A stretch of DNA of 64,000 bases from IMG/VR virus record IMGVR_UViG_3300020049_004016; one strand, written 5' to 3'. The DNA is from an uncultured virus (IMG/VR IMGVR_UViG_3300020049_004016) (taxonomy: Duplodnaviria; Heunggongvirae; Uroviricota; Caudoviricetes). Shown piece by piece: positions 38,601-47,152 of this stretch (position 1 is the stretch's first letter; each line of letters opens with the position of its first letter). Position numbers and translations under genes: made by a program. The notes below the pieces were generated by a model, which searched no databases, was not told where the DNA came from, and saw nothing but the letters and a program-made list of their open reading frames with translations.

Positions 38601-40984
38601 TTGATGCAGAAAACAACATGCCTAAATTACGCTTGTTAATCGAAGATATTGCCAAATCAAAAGGTCAGACCTTTGAAGAAGTGTCCAAACAGTTTGGCGA
38701 GATCATGGTGGCTAGTCGTATCGCTGAGTTACGACAAAGACCGATTGAAATCAAAGCTAAAATAGATTCAGCTACTGATGAGAAAGTTAAAAAGCTTTGG
38801 CAGAAGAAGTACGATAAGGCGGTAGCACTCGCTAATAATCAACATCTAACCGAAGCGGAAGTTGCCGAACAACTTGGTGTGTTAGCACGGAATCCTGAGT
38901 ATAAAAAACCGATGGATGAGTGGAAGGCCGTACGTAAAAACATGGTTAATTTCTTAAAAGATACTGGACGCTATTCTCAGGCTCAAGCTGAAGCCTATTT
39001 AGATGCAATCGCTTACGTACCTTTTACACGTGTGATGGATCGTAAAGATGTTGAGTCTGTGTACGACACCATGGCGCAAGGTCACGGTAAAGCGACCATG
39101 GGCCTTACTCGTGGACAAGCGGAACACACCATTAAAGGTTCTAAATCTCGTGAAGTAGACGATATTATCACCAACATGGAGCGTTGGGTCCTTAACAGTT
39201 TTGTTAAAGGTATGAACGCTGATAAAGGCCGAGAGCTTGTAAAGATCTCAATGATCAATATGCCTGCTGGAACGGTTGTTAATATTGGTAGGAACGCAAA
39301 GAACAAAGAAGGTGCGGTTGTCGTTTATGAAGACGGTATCAAAGAATACTATCGTTATGCCGATCCGTTAATGCCTTTTGCATTTAACGGTATTAATCCT
39401 GTTGCGCTTCCTGCGCTTAAACTAGGCGCAAAGTTTGCCAACAGGTTAAGACAATCGATTGTTTTAAATCCTTTATTCACCATCTCACAGTTACCTCAAG
39501 ATACGTTTTCTGCAATGTTCTCATCTGGTTTGAAAAACCCAATGATGCTACCAGCAGAAACGGTTAAAGAGTTTGTCAAAACTTTAATGGGTACTTCCAA
39601 GACGCATGAGGTTTTAAAAACAAGAGGCGCAACCGGACAAAAAGATCCTATGGATATGTATGCGCAAAGCATCCACGATATCGCATACAATCAACCGTCC
39701 ACTACTAAAGGTGTTATAGGCGCAAGCATACTCGATAAACTTAATCGTTTCTCTATGGCGGGTGATAACGCCCTACGTCAAGCGATCTATAACAGAACGC
39801 TAAAAGAAATGAAAGGTCGTCCTGACGCTGAAGCAATAGCAACACAACGTGCCTTTGAGATCATCAATTTCCGTAGACGCGGTGCAAGTGCTTCTGTTGA
39901 TATCATTCGTCAGATCACACCATTCTTAGGTGCGTATCTACAAGCGCAACGTGTTGCTATAAACACCCTATCTGGGCGAGGTATTGCACCGTCAGATCGT
40001 AAAGAAGCGTTAGCCACACTAGCGGCAACCACTGCACAAGTCGTTGCGCTAACCTTCCTTTATAACAATCTGTTGGACGATGATGAAGAGTTCAAAAAGA
40101 AAAGTGCAAGAGATAAAGATACTCGTATTTTTGTTATGGGATCTAAATCAAATCTAACACTACCTTTACGTCCTGATATTTTCTCATTACCTTTCGTCAT
40201 GGGCAATCATGCGTATCGAGCAATCTTAGATAAAGGTACTGAAAATCCAGAGGTCGCTAGGCGTGCGATGAGTGATGCGGTTATCGCATCTTTAGTGGGA
40301 ATGCCGATGGGTCCGACCATTATCAAACCTGTTGTAGAAGTTGTTATTGATCATGACTTCTTTACCGGTAGACCTTTGATTTCTCAAAAGCTTGCAGGAT
40401 TTGAAGAAGAACTGCAATACACTGCCGGAAGTTCTGAGATCGCTAAGATGTTGGGTCATACCGGAATGATATCACCTATCGCAGTTGATCATTTGGTGCG
40501 AGGTTTCTTTGGCTACACTGGAGGTGCTGCACTATTAGCATCTGACATTGCATTACGCGCATCACTAGATCTACCCTATGCGAGCAAAGGTGTGTTTGGA
40601 AAAGGCATTAGAGATATCCCTGGCGTACCAAGCTTGTATGGGGACGAAAAGAAAACGCAAGTGATTGATAGTTTCTTTAAAATGAATGCGGATATTGATA
40701 CCGCCTACCGAACCGAGAAACGATACAAAGATCTTGGTAGAAAGGAAGAAGCGAGAGAATATAAAACATCCCACAAAGAGTTGCTCAATCAAGGTGTGCG
40801 ATCCACATTGCACGATATGTCTGTCGATATCAGCGAACTTAGAAAGAAGAAGGATAAGATATTGGAGACTCCAAACGAGAAGATATCACCTGAAGCTAAG
40901 AGAGAACGTGTTGATAAGATTGATGAGCGAATAGCGAGGATAATGAAGCGTGTGCCAAAGCTAGAAAACAAAGTTTACAAGTAA
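35636..40984 (+). CDS. Large ejection protein: SLT lytic transglycosylase, HExxxH domain and LPD38-like C-terminus
   Basis: LESGG..SSAGATGRMQ..ALAAYNSGPG..PPYKETQNY; ALHEVGVH..EEALAY; HDFFTGRPLI..ISPIAVDHLVRGFFG. Confidence 0.8.
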   Translation: MATNEDFLNTIMQLESGGRQGLTSSAGATGRMQTMGATRRDPGFGVIPAQDDSLEEGDRVGRDYALALLNHYDNDPALALAAYNSGPGTVNKYGGVPPYKETQNYVTRGLSMLNSSGQTNEEVSPEDLAWYEEYRKKQAAPATEEVTPEDLAWYEEYKKKQAEPIQEDRTAKEVGSDIGTAVGKGIIGVPQALVGLADIPTGGKVGKYLEEKGYNFEKMQKQLSEQYSPQQKEDIKALEEAKGISENLKAAMEHPEAVLSMVGESAIPAVAGGMMGRVAKAAGLVKSTAVAAGVGEGLLAAGQSAQDIRVQSPERELSTKGALSALGAGAGTAALGTLGSKATTALGGIDLDTLIVGGARKAITKEVGEEVAKTPGMFRRVITSAFGEGVLEEAPQSAQEQMFQNYATDKPLLEGVENAAIKGTMLGSVMGGGIGLVPTGKAEEPTPTPTPTPTTTTPEEKPLTEREIEYNKDQALKQRSNEIEAIGIPPETKLHDDLLAHDLSTPEGVAEARKTIDTAIQTETDLPEDFDIGYAEDFLKRAEENLTKPKEVVTPEAEVTTPTAEVTTPVTTPIADTVTPEDQGVAQKQQTVEADERLAHAEDTINKVVTNEIPYESPEVITAAKNLDVFDTAYTPIQQAQAVQDKIREIKATPAVEPTTQTTKEQVVQPETDQTFSVAPTEKSTPYTAELLKRSLTPEMRRLVDSGKAVLHDTQDTLPSTNHPANVQGMTTPEGITHYVANKLNPTTIQNVALHEVGVHTGMKNMVGDKVWEDVKNQAMTNQGPEFDAARASIPKDTPAHLHAEEALAYLVENSSHLPFIRRLIAAVRNWARTTFGTNLRLSQDDARHLATRALRKESQSKKTTARKEGTAYSISPEDRTAAESAERRRAENTPPPVSKPKRTFGEVATDTLDMIETMATSFDARYINQLRRSLNKSLKKGDMSVADITKVMLRASQAQSVHAGSVGAQGAIRGSLKKNDVTQTWDAVDAENNMPKLRLLIEDIAKSKGQTFEEVSKQFGEIMVASRIAELRQRPIEIKAKIDSATDEKVKKLWQKKYDKAVALANNQHLTEAEVAEQLGVLARNPEYKKPMDEWKAVRKNMVNFLKDTGRYSQAQAEAYLDAIAYVPFTRVMDRKDVESVYDTMAQGHGKATMGLTRGQAEHTIKGSKSREVDDIITNMERWVLNSFVKGMNADKGRELVKISMINMPAGTVVNIGRNAKNKEGAVVVYEDGIKEYYRYADPLMPFAFNGINPVALPALKLGAKFANRLRQSIVLNPLFTISQLPQDTFSAMFSSGLKNPMMLPAETVKEFVKTLMGTSKTHEVLKTRGATGQKDPMDMYAQSIHDIAYNQPSTTKGVIGASILDKLNRFSMAGDNALRQAIYNRTLKEMKGRPDAEAIATQRAFEIINFRRRGASASVDIIRQITPFLGAYLQAQRVAINTLSGRGIAPSDRKEALATLAATTAQVVALTFLYNNLLDDDEEFKKKSARDKDTRIFVMGSKSNLTLPLRPDIFSLPFVMGNHAYRAILDKGTENPEVARRAMSDAVIASLVGMPMGPTIIKPVVEVVIDHDFFTGRPLISQKLAGFEEELQYTAGSSEIAKMLGHTGMISPIAVDHLVRGFFGYTGGAALLASDIALRASLDLPYASKGVFGKGIRDIPGVPSLYGDEKKTQVIDSFFKMNADIDTAYRTEKRYKDLGRKEEAREYKTSHKELLNQGVRSTLHDMSVDISELRKKKDKILETPNEKISPEAKRERVDKIDERIARIMKRVPKLENKVYK

Positions 40985-40989
40985 AACCT

Positions 40990-41020
40990 AGGGGTCTTTT
41001 AAACGGAAGACCCCTTTTCT
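40990..41020. terminator. Terminator between the convergent late and early operons
   Basis: AGGGGTCTTT...GAAGACCCCT followed by TTTCTTT. Confidence 0.8.
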
Positions 41021-41024
41021 TTAT

Positions 41025-41195
41025 TCAAAGTTCCTCGTAAGAACCTTCGTGTTCATCTTCAGCGTACGCTCGATAGCGAGAGACGAACACGAACAGCCAT
41101 GTGAAACCCCAACCTTCTTCATCACTGGTTATCCAGGGGAAGATGCCCCAGTTACTGATGTGTCGTACACCCCACTCCCAAACGATAAAGGTCAT
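41025..41195 (-). CDS. Small Trp-rich protein (not in track)
   Basis: ATGA overlap with thyX stop; MTFIVWEWGVRHISNWGIFPWITSDEEGWGFTWLFVFV. Confidence 0.5.
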   Translation of the reverse strand: MTFIVWEWGVRHISNWGIFPWITSDEEGWGFTWLFVFVSRYRAYAEDEHEGSYEEL

Positions 41196-41758
41196 TCTAC
41201 TTCTCCAAAGATGACGGGTGCGATCTCTTGCAGTAGTCTTTCGACTTCCAGTGCAACCTGTCGCACCTCGGCTTGAGCGGAAGGGGTTGATCTAAGTTTA
41301 ATAAAATCTTTTAGTGCTTGATAGTTACCCGTCATGTAGAGCTCCGTTTCCTGTGCCTGCGGCAAAAAGTAGCGGGTATCCTGCTTTGACATACCGTCAG
41401 CACGTAGTTCGTTGTACAAATCTCTCGCTTGGAAGTTATGACTGTGTATCTTTATCTTGCTCGTCATGCTCAGTTTGTCAAAACCTTCAGGTAAGATATA
41501 CTCCGCGTTTCCTTCATCACAATAACGCGAACTGCGTACGAGGTAATCAAGATGTTTGGATCGAGTTAACTGTGCTAGGCACACCCTAGAGATACCACTG
41601 ATCCTAAATACAGCATTGCCAAAACGTAAAACAGAAAGGTGACCCACCGAAATAATATGCTTAAGTCTTTTTTCATCATTGCCCTCTCTACCATAGCATA
41701 CACCTGCAAACTTCCCAAGTAATAGCGGATCGCTATAAGTTTCTAATACAATTTTCAT
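41192..41758 (-). CDS. thyX: Flavin-dependent thymidylate synthase (divergent motif)
   Basis: GHLSVLRF..FRISGISRVCLAQLTR..SSRY; QDTRYFLP; FIKLR...AQAEVR. Confidence 0.85.
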   Translation of the reverse strand: MKIVLETYSDPLLLGKFAGVCYGREGNDEKRLKHIISVGHLSVLRFGNAVFRISGISRVCLAQLTRSKHLDYLVRSSRYCDEGNAEYILPEGFDKLSMTSKIKIHSHNFQARDLYNELRADGMSKQDTRYFLPQAQETELYMTGNYQALKDFIKLRSTPSAQAEVRQVALEVERLLQEIAPVIFGEVE

Positions 41759-41904
41759 TTTACACACCCTCTTTCTGGTTTTTTATCTTCTAGTATTTTG
41801 TATGTCTTCTTGCATTCGTCACATATTTTCAAATTAAAACTGTAATACATTTGAAATACGGTGCACCTGTGCGGATAGAGCCACGCTATTATTTTTTTAA
41901 ACAT
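41755..41904 (-). CDS. Small Cys-containing hypothetical protein
   Basis: MFKKIIAWLYPHRC...KICDECKK; overlaps neighbouring start/stop codons. Confidence 0.45.
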   Translation of the reverse strand: MFKKIIAWLYPHRCTVFQMYYSFNLKICDECKKTYKILEDKKPERGCVK

Positions 41905-42253
41905 CAGGCATAGACTCCAACTTTTTAATCTCACGAGACAAATACACACGCGCCTTTTTAAGATCCACAAGTTTGTTTGCTTTGTAGTCTGCTCGGCTAA
42001 CATATTTAACAACATTAGCCAGATTCCAATTTTTATCAAGGCCTTTGGCTTCTATGTAATCATTAACCTCAATCCCACCTTGCGTGTAGTGCGATGGGTG
42101 GTTGACCTCGTTGTCGTCATCAGCCTTTACTTCTTTTATAACCCATTGGGGTTTACAGGTGGTTTCTTCATTCATTTTATAATCTCTGTGTTGTTTTGGG
42201 CAGTGCCATAAATTAATTGGTGGTAGATAGAAATCAGGCCAGTTCAGAGTCAT
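41897..42253 (-). CDS. DUF3310 (T7 gp1.7-like nucleotide kinase family) protein
   Basis: VNHPSHYTQGGIEVNDYI...NVVKYVSRA..K...DLKKARVYL. Confidence 0.85.
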   Translation of the reverse strand: MTLNWPDFYLPPINLWHCPKQHRDYKMNEETTCKPQWVIKEVKADDDNEVNHPSHYTQGGIEVNDYIEAKGLDKNWNLANVVKYVSRADYKANKLVDLKKARVYLSREIKKLESMPDV

Positions 42254-42450
42254 AACTCACTCGCATCTCGACATTCAACTGAACACCAGCGTCTACCATC
42301 TGGTACAGGAGCGTCACAACCCCAGCAAATGCCCGACTCGTTTTGATACGGGTTGACCACATTCATTCTTACCAGTTCTATTTGCTTATCTAAAATAAGT
42401 TGTGCTTGATTATTAGCATCATCAATTACGTCAGCCATAACTCTTCTCAC
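42250..42450 (-). CDS. TraR/DksA-like C4 zinc-finger protein
   Basis: MADVIDDA N-motif and CWGC...WCSVEC. Confidence 0.65.
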   Translation of the reverse strand: MRRVMADVIDDANNQAQLILDKQIELVRMNVVNPYQNESGICWGCDAPVPDGRRWCSVECRDASEL

Positions 42451-42517
42451 AGGCTTTGAAAGGATTGACCGGAGGGATAAGCTCCGATCGTTGTTTGTTC
42501 GTTTTCTTATTCGCCAT

Positions 42518-43051
42518 TCATCTTAATCCTTTTGATTCAGTCACACCGCGTTGATTGTTATACTGCCCCAACACTGCGTAACTCTTTTCAGCACTAACAG
42601 GTGTATGTCTGAAGAAAACCATTTGACCAATCCCCATACCTGGCGTTAACCACAATATGTGGTTCTTGGTCATGTTCTTTAACTCTAAAGTTAGTTTAGA
42701 ATCGGACCACGTTGCGTCACACCAACCCGCATTTAAATGTTCCAACCCGTTACGCGCCATGCTTGATTTTAATTTGTACTCGCAACTGATATCCGCAGGT
42801 AAATTGAAATACTCCCTGCTAGACGCAAGAATAAACTCACCTGGCGCAAGCGCATAACCTTCATCGATATTCAAAGAGATCATATTGATATTATCTTTGG
42901 CAATCAAATCGACTATTTTACCATGGGTTGACTCTATTTTGATATCGTTATCTAAAGTGATATCAATAGAAGCTCCATTCACTCTGCTCAAATCTGCTGT
43001 GATAACACCTGTCTTAACAAGTATGACCAATTCATCGTGCGACAATAACAT
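42518..43051 (-). CDS. dcd: dCTP deaminase
   Basis: GASIDITL; LAPGEFILASSRE; KSSMARNGL; AGWCDATW; LTLELKN; IGQMVF. Confidence 0.9.
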   Translation of the reverse strand: MLLSHDELVILVKTGVITADLSRVNGASIDITLDNDIKIESTHGKIVDLIAKDNINMISLNIDEGYALAPGEFILASSREYFNLPADISCEYKLKSSMARNGLEHLNAGWCDATWSDSKLTLELKNMTKNHILWLTPGMGIGQMVFFRHTPVSAEKSYAVLGQYNNQRGVTESKGLR

Positions 43052-43350
43052 TATTCTATCTCCTCAAAGTTTGCTTTAAGTGCGCGTATATCGTTAGTTA
43101 GACGTTTGTGGAAGGTTTCTTCACTGTCATCTCCTGACAATAACCAATCGATTCTACTTGCGTAGGTATGCGCTAAAGTTAGAAACCTAACCGCTTGTTT
43201 AAATACGTTTAGGGTTTCTTCAGTGTACCGATCATAACCAAAATACTCTGGGTTGGTATCATTAAGTATCACTTGCTCGATATCAAAGATGATGTCGGTA
43301 ATGTAATGTTGTTTGTAATCAAAATATCCACCGCTCATTGTTTTCTCCAA
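43051..43350 (-). CDS. Hypothetical phage protein
   Basis: MSGGYFDY...RIDWLLSGDDSEETF. Confidence 0.65.
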   Translation of the reverse strand: MEKTMSGGYFDYKQHYITDIIFDIEQVILNDTNPEYFGYDRYTEETLNVFKQAVRFLTLAHTYASRIDWLLSGDDSEETFHKRLTNDIRALKANFEEIE

Positions 43351-43517
43351 TTAATTCTAACTTCAAATTCACCCATAACAATATCTGCCATCTTTATACC
43401 CATTTGGTTTGATTCACAGTATGTTACAAGCTCATCATAAATAGCTTCTTGTAAATATTCTAAATCTGCGTACTCACATTTCTTATAAAATATCGGTAAG
43501 ACCATCATTTCGCTCAT
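43335..43517 (-). CDS. Hypothetical protein
   Basis: Translationally coupled small ORF. Confidence 0.5.
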   Translation of the reverse strand: MSEMMVLPIFYKKCEYADLEYLQEAIYDELVTYCESNQMGIKMADIVMGEFEVRINWRKQ

Positions 43518-43705
43518 TATTCTATCTCCTCAAAATCTTCGTCTAAAGTTCTCTGATTGAGCAGATCGATCTGCCCATCATCGTAACCTGTCTTGTAAAT
43601 CAACTTAATGGAATCGAGCAACGAATGTCCACCCGCTTTCCAAAGCTCGTAACACTCCTCATCTGTCAGCATTAGCGATTCCTGTTCTTTTGATACTCGT
43701 ACCAC
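43517..43705 (-). CDS. Hypothetical protein
   Basis: LTDEECYELW...YKTGYDDG, similar to the upstream neighbour. Confidence 0.5.
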   Translation of the reverse strand: MVRVSKEQESLMLTDEECYELWKAGGHSLLDSIKLIYKTGYDDGQIDLLNQRTLDEDFEEIE

Positions 43706-43959
43706 ATCGCGTCTCTTTCCTCATTGCTATCAAGCGCATCCATATCCTTAACCAAACGTCTCAAACCGTTATCGTTATTGATAACTGCATCCTGATAACC
43801 ACGTTCGTATGCGGCTTGAACCAACTCTCTAAAGGACAGCTCGCTAGTCCAAATGATATTGATTTCCTCATCAGTTAGTTTCTTCATTTTCCACCTCAAT
43901 TTTATGCGTACATGCTTCCGGATTGAAAAAAGAATACGCGTATCGACCTTCGTCTTCAT
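43672..43959 (-). CDS. Hypothetical protein (start probably at the internal MKKLTDEE)
   Basis: LTDEEINIIW...AAYERGYQDA. Confidence 0.5.
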   Translation of the reverse strand: MKTKVDTRILFSIRKHVRIKLRWKMKKLTDEEINIIWTSELSFRELVQAAYERGYQDAVINNDNGLRRLVKDMDALDSNEERDAMWYEYQKNRNR

Positions 43960-44046
43960 CTAAATCAATTGTCAGAAAACGACGACATGTATCTCGTTGT
44001 TTACAGTCTTCCCCAGAACATCTGGAGACATCCCTTGGTAAGGGTT

Positions 44047-44358
44047 TCATTTGTCTAAGAGTGTATTACACTCTTCCTTATTTCGTTCGGCAAGCATTAT
44101 GTCAGCCCATTCATAAGCCTCTTTAACGATTGTCAATTTACCAATAGGCGCATCATAACTATCTATTATTTTCTGCATAGCCATGCCTGCAAAATGATCC
44201 CGCAAGCTGATACCGCTGTGTTTTTTTAAATCACTAATTTGTGCTTCCAACGCCATTATTTTGTCTTTGTAAAATTCTTTCATATTCTGTTTTTCTTCCT
44301 GTGAAATGTGCACTCCTAATCCCATTTTAATGGCTTCATCTGACGCTTTAAAACTCAT
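44047..44358 (-). CDS. Hypothetical phage protein
   Basis: GISLRDHFAGMAMQ...AYEWADIMLAER, a common small-phage-protein motif. Confidence 0.7.
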   Translation of the reverse strand: MSFKASDEAIKMGLGVHISQEEKQNMKEFYKDKIMALEAQISDLKKHSGISLRDHFAGMAMQKIIDSYDAPIGKLTIVKEAYEWADIMLAERNKEECNTLLDK

Positions 44359-44456
44359 TTCTTCTTCCCCGCTTCTATAATTTCTTCAATGGTGCGCTTA
44401 CAACCCATGCAGACACCGTTCTCTAACCAACATTTGTTAATACATTTACTCATCAT
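44355..44456 (-). CDS. DUF1289-like Cys-rich mini-protein (not in track)
   Basis: MMSKCINKCWLENGVCMGCKRTIEEI. Confidence 0.6.
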   Translation of the reverse strand: MMSKCINKCWLENGVCMGCKRTIEEIIEAGKKK

Positions 44457-44679
44457 TTCTTTTCTCCAAATCTTTAACAACTGATTCCCTATAATTTTTA
44501 AGAAATTCTATATACTCATTAAAAGCTTCATAATTATCATCTAGTTGTATATGCGTATTCTAATCAGTGGCAATTATTATCTGTGCTATCGCCCGCCAAA
44601 TATGAGATACATTTACACCATCACACATATCGGCAATTTTTACAAACAACTCATTAACTTCATCACTATTATTTCTCAT
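44446..44679 (-). pseudogene. 78-codon frame interrupted by one in-frame TAG
   Basis: MRNNSDEV...IIATD*NTHIQLDD...KRNDE; TAG at 44560-44562; both ends overlap neighbouring genes. Confidence 0.5.
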
Positions 44680-45094
44680 CATCTACTCCTATTCCGTGTA
44701 ATTCTTCAGTTTTTCGCATCAAATAATATATTTGCCAAGGTCTCACATTAGAAAAATCAGCATCTTTTTTGATAATATCTACTTCTTTAGATAAAATAGA
44801 ATCACTCAAAGGTTTACGGGTTGGAGGTGATGTGTAGAGTGGGGTTATAATGTCTGGTCTTTTTAAGTTCTGGCTATCTTTAGCGTATTCTTCAGCATCA
44901 CATAAAAGTTGAAACAGCTTAGCTGTATAGCCACCACCCTCATACTTTCTAGTCCACATCCAAGCTACAGGCTCATTAGATTGCTCAGGTTGGGCGAGAA
45001 GGGTTTGAGTATCTCTTAGTAACTTAATATCAGCATGTATCTTTCCAAATTCGTCAAACCATCTTTCTAGCAATTTTCTTTCTTTACTCATCAT
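44669..45094 (-). CDS. MSKER/LAQPE family protein A
   Basis: MSKERKLL..LAQPEQ..EPVAW..PLYTSPP..KPLSD..HGIGVDDE. Confidence 0.7.
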   Translation of the reverse strand: MMSKERKLLERWFDEFGKIHADIKLLRDTQTLLAQPEQSNEPVAWMWTRKYEGGGYTAKLFQLLCDAEEYAKDSQNLKRPDIITPLYTSPPTRKPLSDSILSKEVDIIKKDADFSNVRPWQIYYLMRKTEELHGIGVDDEK

Positions 45095-45380
45095 CTTCTC
45101 CTATGCCGTGTGCTTTAGCTATTGCTTTCTTTGCATCATCTCTGCATTTCATCCATTCACTTGGATCATCCAACGCATTAATCCAATTCTCTAATGCTTC
45201 CAGCAATTCAGGTGCGGCAGATATTAAATGTTCATCACTCAAAGGTTTTTGTTCAGGTTGAGCAAGATGTTTTTTTAAATATACCTCTATTGGAATTAAA
45301 GATTCATACTCATAACACACCCCTCCTAAATCATTAAGTGCTTCTAATAAAACTTCTCTTTCTTTATTTGTCATTGACAT
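45084..45380 (-). CDS. MSKER/LAQPE family protein B
   Basis: MTNKEREVL..LAQPEQKPLSD..ISAAPELLEAL..AHGIGEDDE. Confidence 0.7.
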   Translation of the reverse strand: MSMTNKEREVLLEALNDLGGVCYEYESLIPIEVYLKKHLAQPEQKPLSDEHLISAAPELLEALENWINALDDPSEWMKCRDDAKKAIAKAHGIGEDDE

Positions 45381-45544
45381 ATCTCCTTAATTTCGACAAC
45401 CGTTCTATTGGCTCGCATCCCTTCAATTTGACAATTGTGTTTCTCACGAGCACTACTCTCATAAGATAAGGTGCATATGATTGCACCGATTAACACGAAT
45501 GTTGTTACTATAAAACTTAACACTGCTTTAGCTTCTTCATCCAT
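45371..45544 (-). CDS. Small membrane protein (not in track)
   Basis: MDEEAKAVLSFIVTTFVLIGAIICTLSY...EIKEICQ. Confidence 0.5.
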   Translation of the reverse strand: MDEEAKAVLSFIVTTFVLIGAIICTLSYESSAREKHNCQIEGMRANRTVVEIKEICQ

Positions 45545-46124
45545 AAATTTCTCCTAATCGTCTTAGTTCCAAGTTTCTCAAATGAAGTTCTTTATTATTT
45601 TTCATGAACATAATCAGACTGTGCGCCATCGTGTGCGGTCTGAACACGAACTGGTCTTTCTTCCTACCGTTTATCTTATGAAAAGCCAGTGCTTCTTTAG
45701 CGAACGGATACCAGTCGTTGATCTGCTGGCGACAGTACAAAAAGATCAACCCGTTAGTGTGCACATGCTTAGGCATGCGATACCGTTCGTTTTTAGCGAT
45801 ACCTTCTATGTAAGTCAGCTTTACGCCCAGATCGTCAGCGATCTCTTTACGCGTCATGTACACCTTATCAATTGATTTGGTTCGCACAGGTGCATACTTT
45901 TCAGCAAGTTCTTTGAGAGAACTCTCTTTCTCAGCCTTCTTTTTAATAGATACCTTCTTGTTATCAATCGCCCAGCGTTCTTTCAACTTTTCTTTATTCG
46001 CCTCACGATACGCTTTATTCTTTTCGATCACGCTAGCCGCATTGCGTTTATACCACTCCCGTCTTGTTTGTTTGTACTTCTCTGCTGTTTCTTCAGGTGT
46101 TAATTTTGGTTTTTTAAACATCAC
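45537..46124 (-). CDS. Basic protein with an HTH-like segment
   Basis: YMTRKEIADDLGVKLTYI. Confidence 0.6.
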   Translation of the reverse strand: MMFKKPKLTPEETAEKYKQTRREWYKRNAASVIEKNKAYREANKEKLKERWAIDNKKVSIKKKAEKESSLKELAEKYAPVRTKSIDKVYMTRKEIADDLGVKLTYIEGIAKNERYRMPKHVHTNGLIFLYCRQQINDWYPFAKEALAFHKINGRKKDQFVFRPHTMAHSLIMFMKNNKELHLRNLELRRLGEIYG

Positions 46125-46231
46125 ATCATCCTAACTTTGTAATATTGCTAATATCAATAGCGTTAGCATGCCAAGCGCACAGACTGCTGCGATAAATTGT
46201 TTTTCATTTTCTCTGTTCATAATTTTTACTC

Positions 46232-46256
46232 AAAAAAAATACCCCATTGCTGGGGC
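46232..46256 (-). terminator. Rho-independent terminator
   Basis: On the - strand GCCCCA-GCAA-TGGGGT then ATTTTTTTT. Confidence 0.75.
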
Positions 46257-46275
46257 GAGTTGAGGGATAGTTCGT

Positions 46276-46515
46276 TTAGTCGTACAGATTCATAATCTGC
46301 TCTTCAATACTACTTAGCGTCTCTTCGTCGAGTACATCTACTAGGTTAACAACCCAATCATCTTTACCGTAATACACGTTGATGATATCGATGTCTGAGA
46401 ACTCTGTTAAAACTTGGTCATCATAATCTTCTTCAGCATTTTCCACATCCTGTGTAAATTCAAACTCAACATCCATGTCAACACCTGCCACTATTACGTT
46501 AGTTGAATACGTCAT
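46276..46515 (-). CDS. Acidic hypothetical protein
   Basis: 79 aa, strongly Asp/Glu-rich. Confidence 0.55.
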   Translation of the reverse strand: MTYSTNVIVAGVDMDVEFEFTQDVENAEEDYDDQVLTEFSDIDIINVYYGKDDWVVNLVDVLDEETLSSIEEQIMNLYD

Positions 46516-46649
46516 ACTTTACCCTTGGACTACTCTAAATTCTTGTTTCTTGGCGTATCGAGCGTACTTACGCTCTGGTTCATAATCGATCAACCACCAA
46601 CCGTTTTTCTCAAGCGCATGACACTGCGCTACAAATTCTTTCTTAGTCA

Positions 46650-47152
46650 TTATAACCCTCCATTCTGTTTTTCAACAGCTTTTTTATACAACTCGTCTTG
46701 ACGTTGTTTACTTTGATTAGTGATTGTTTGCTTCGACACGACAACCGGAGCAACGTCTTCTATGCACGGTCTGCCTACACGTTTGAACGCAGCGCGTACA
46801 TCCGCATTACCACACATGATTTCTTTAGCCACTTGAGCGTCACCCATATTGCGGATCTCTCTAGCGTTCAATCGTCTCACACAATCAGAGTCTTCCCATG
46901 TTGTGCCGAGAGCGATACTACCACCAGAGAACCCAGCGCCCATCGAGGTACTACCCATGCACACGTCACTAAACGATGAGGATAAACCTGGTGCTACACC
47001 AACCCCAACCGCTCTGCTCGGATCAGAACCTGTCGATGAAGACAGGTTTCTTGCATCAACGACGGTGTTAGCCGTCACTGGTATGTTAGTCGACTGTGTT
47101 GCATCGGCAAACGCTAAACAAGGTAGCAGTAAAAACGGTAGTATCTTAATCA
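46650..47152 (-). CDS. Exported Cys-containing protein
   Basis: Signal peptide MIKILPFLLLPCLAFA; DVCMGS...DSDCVRR...IMC...PC. Confidence 0.65.
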
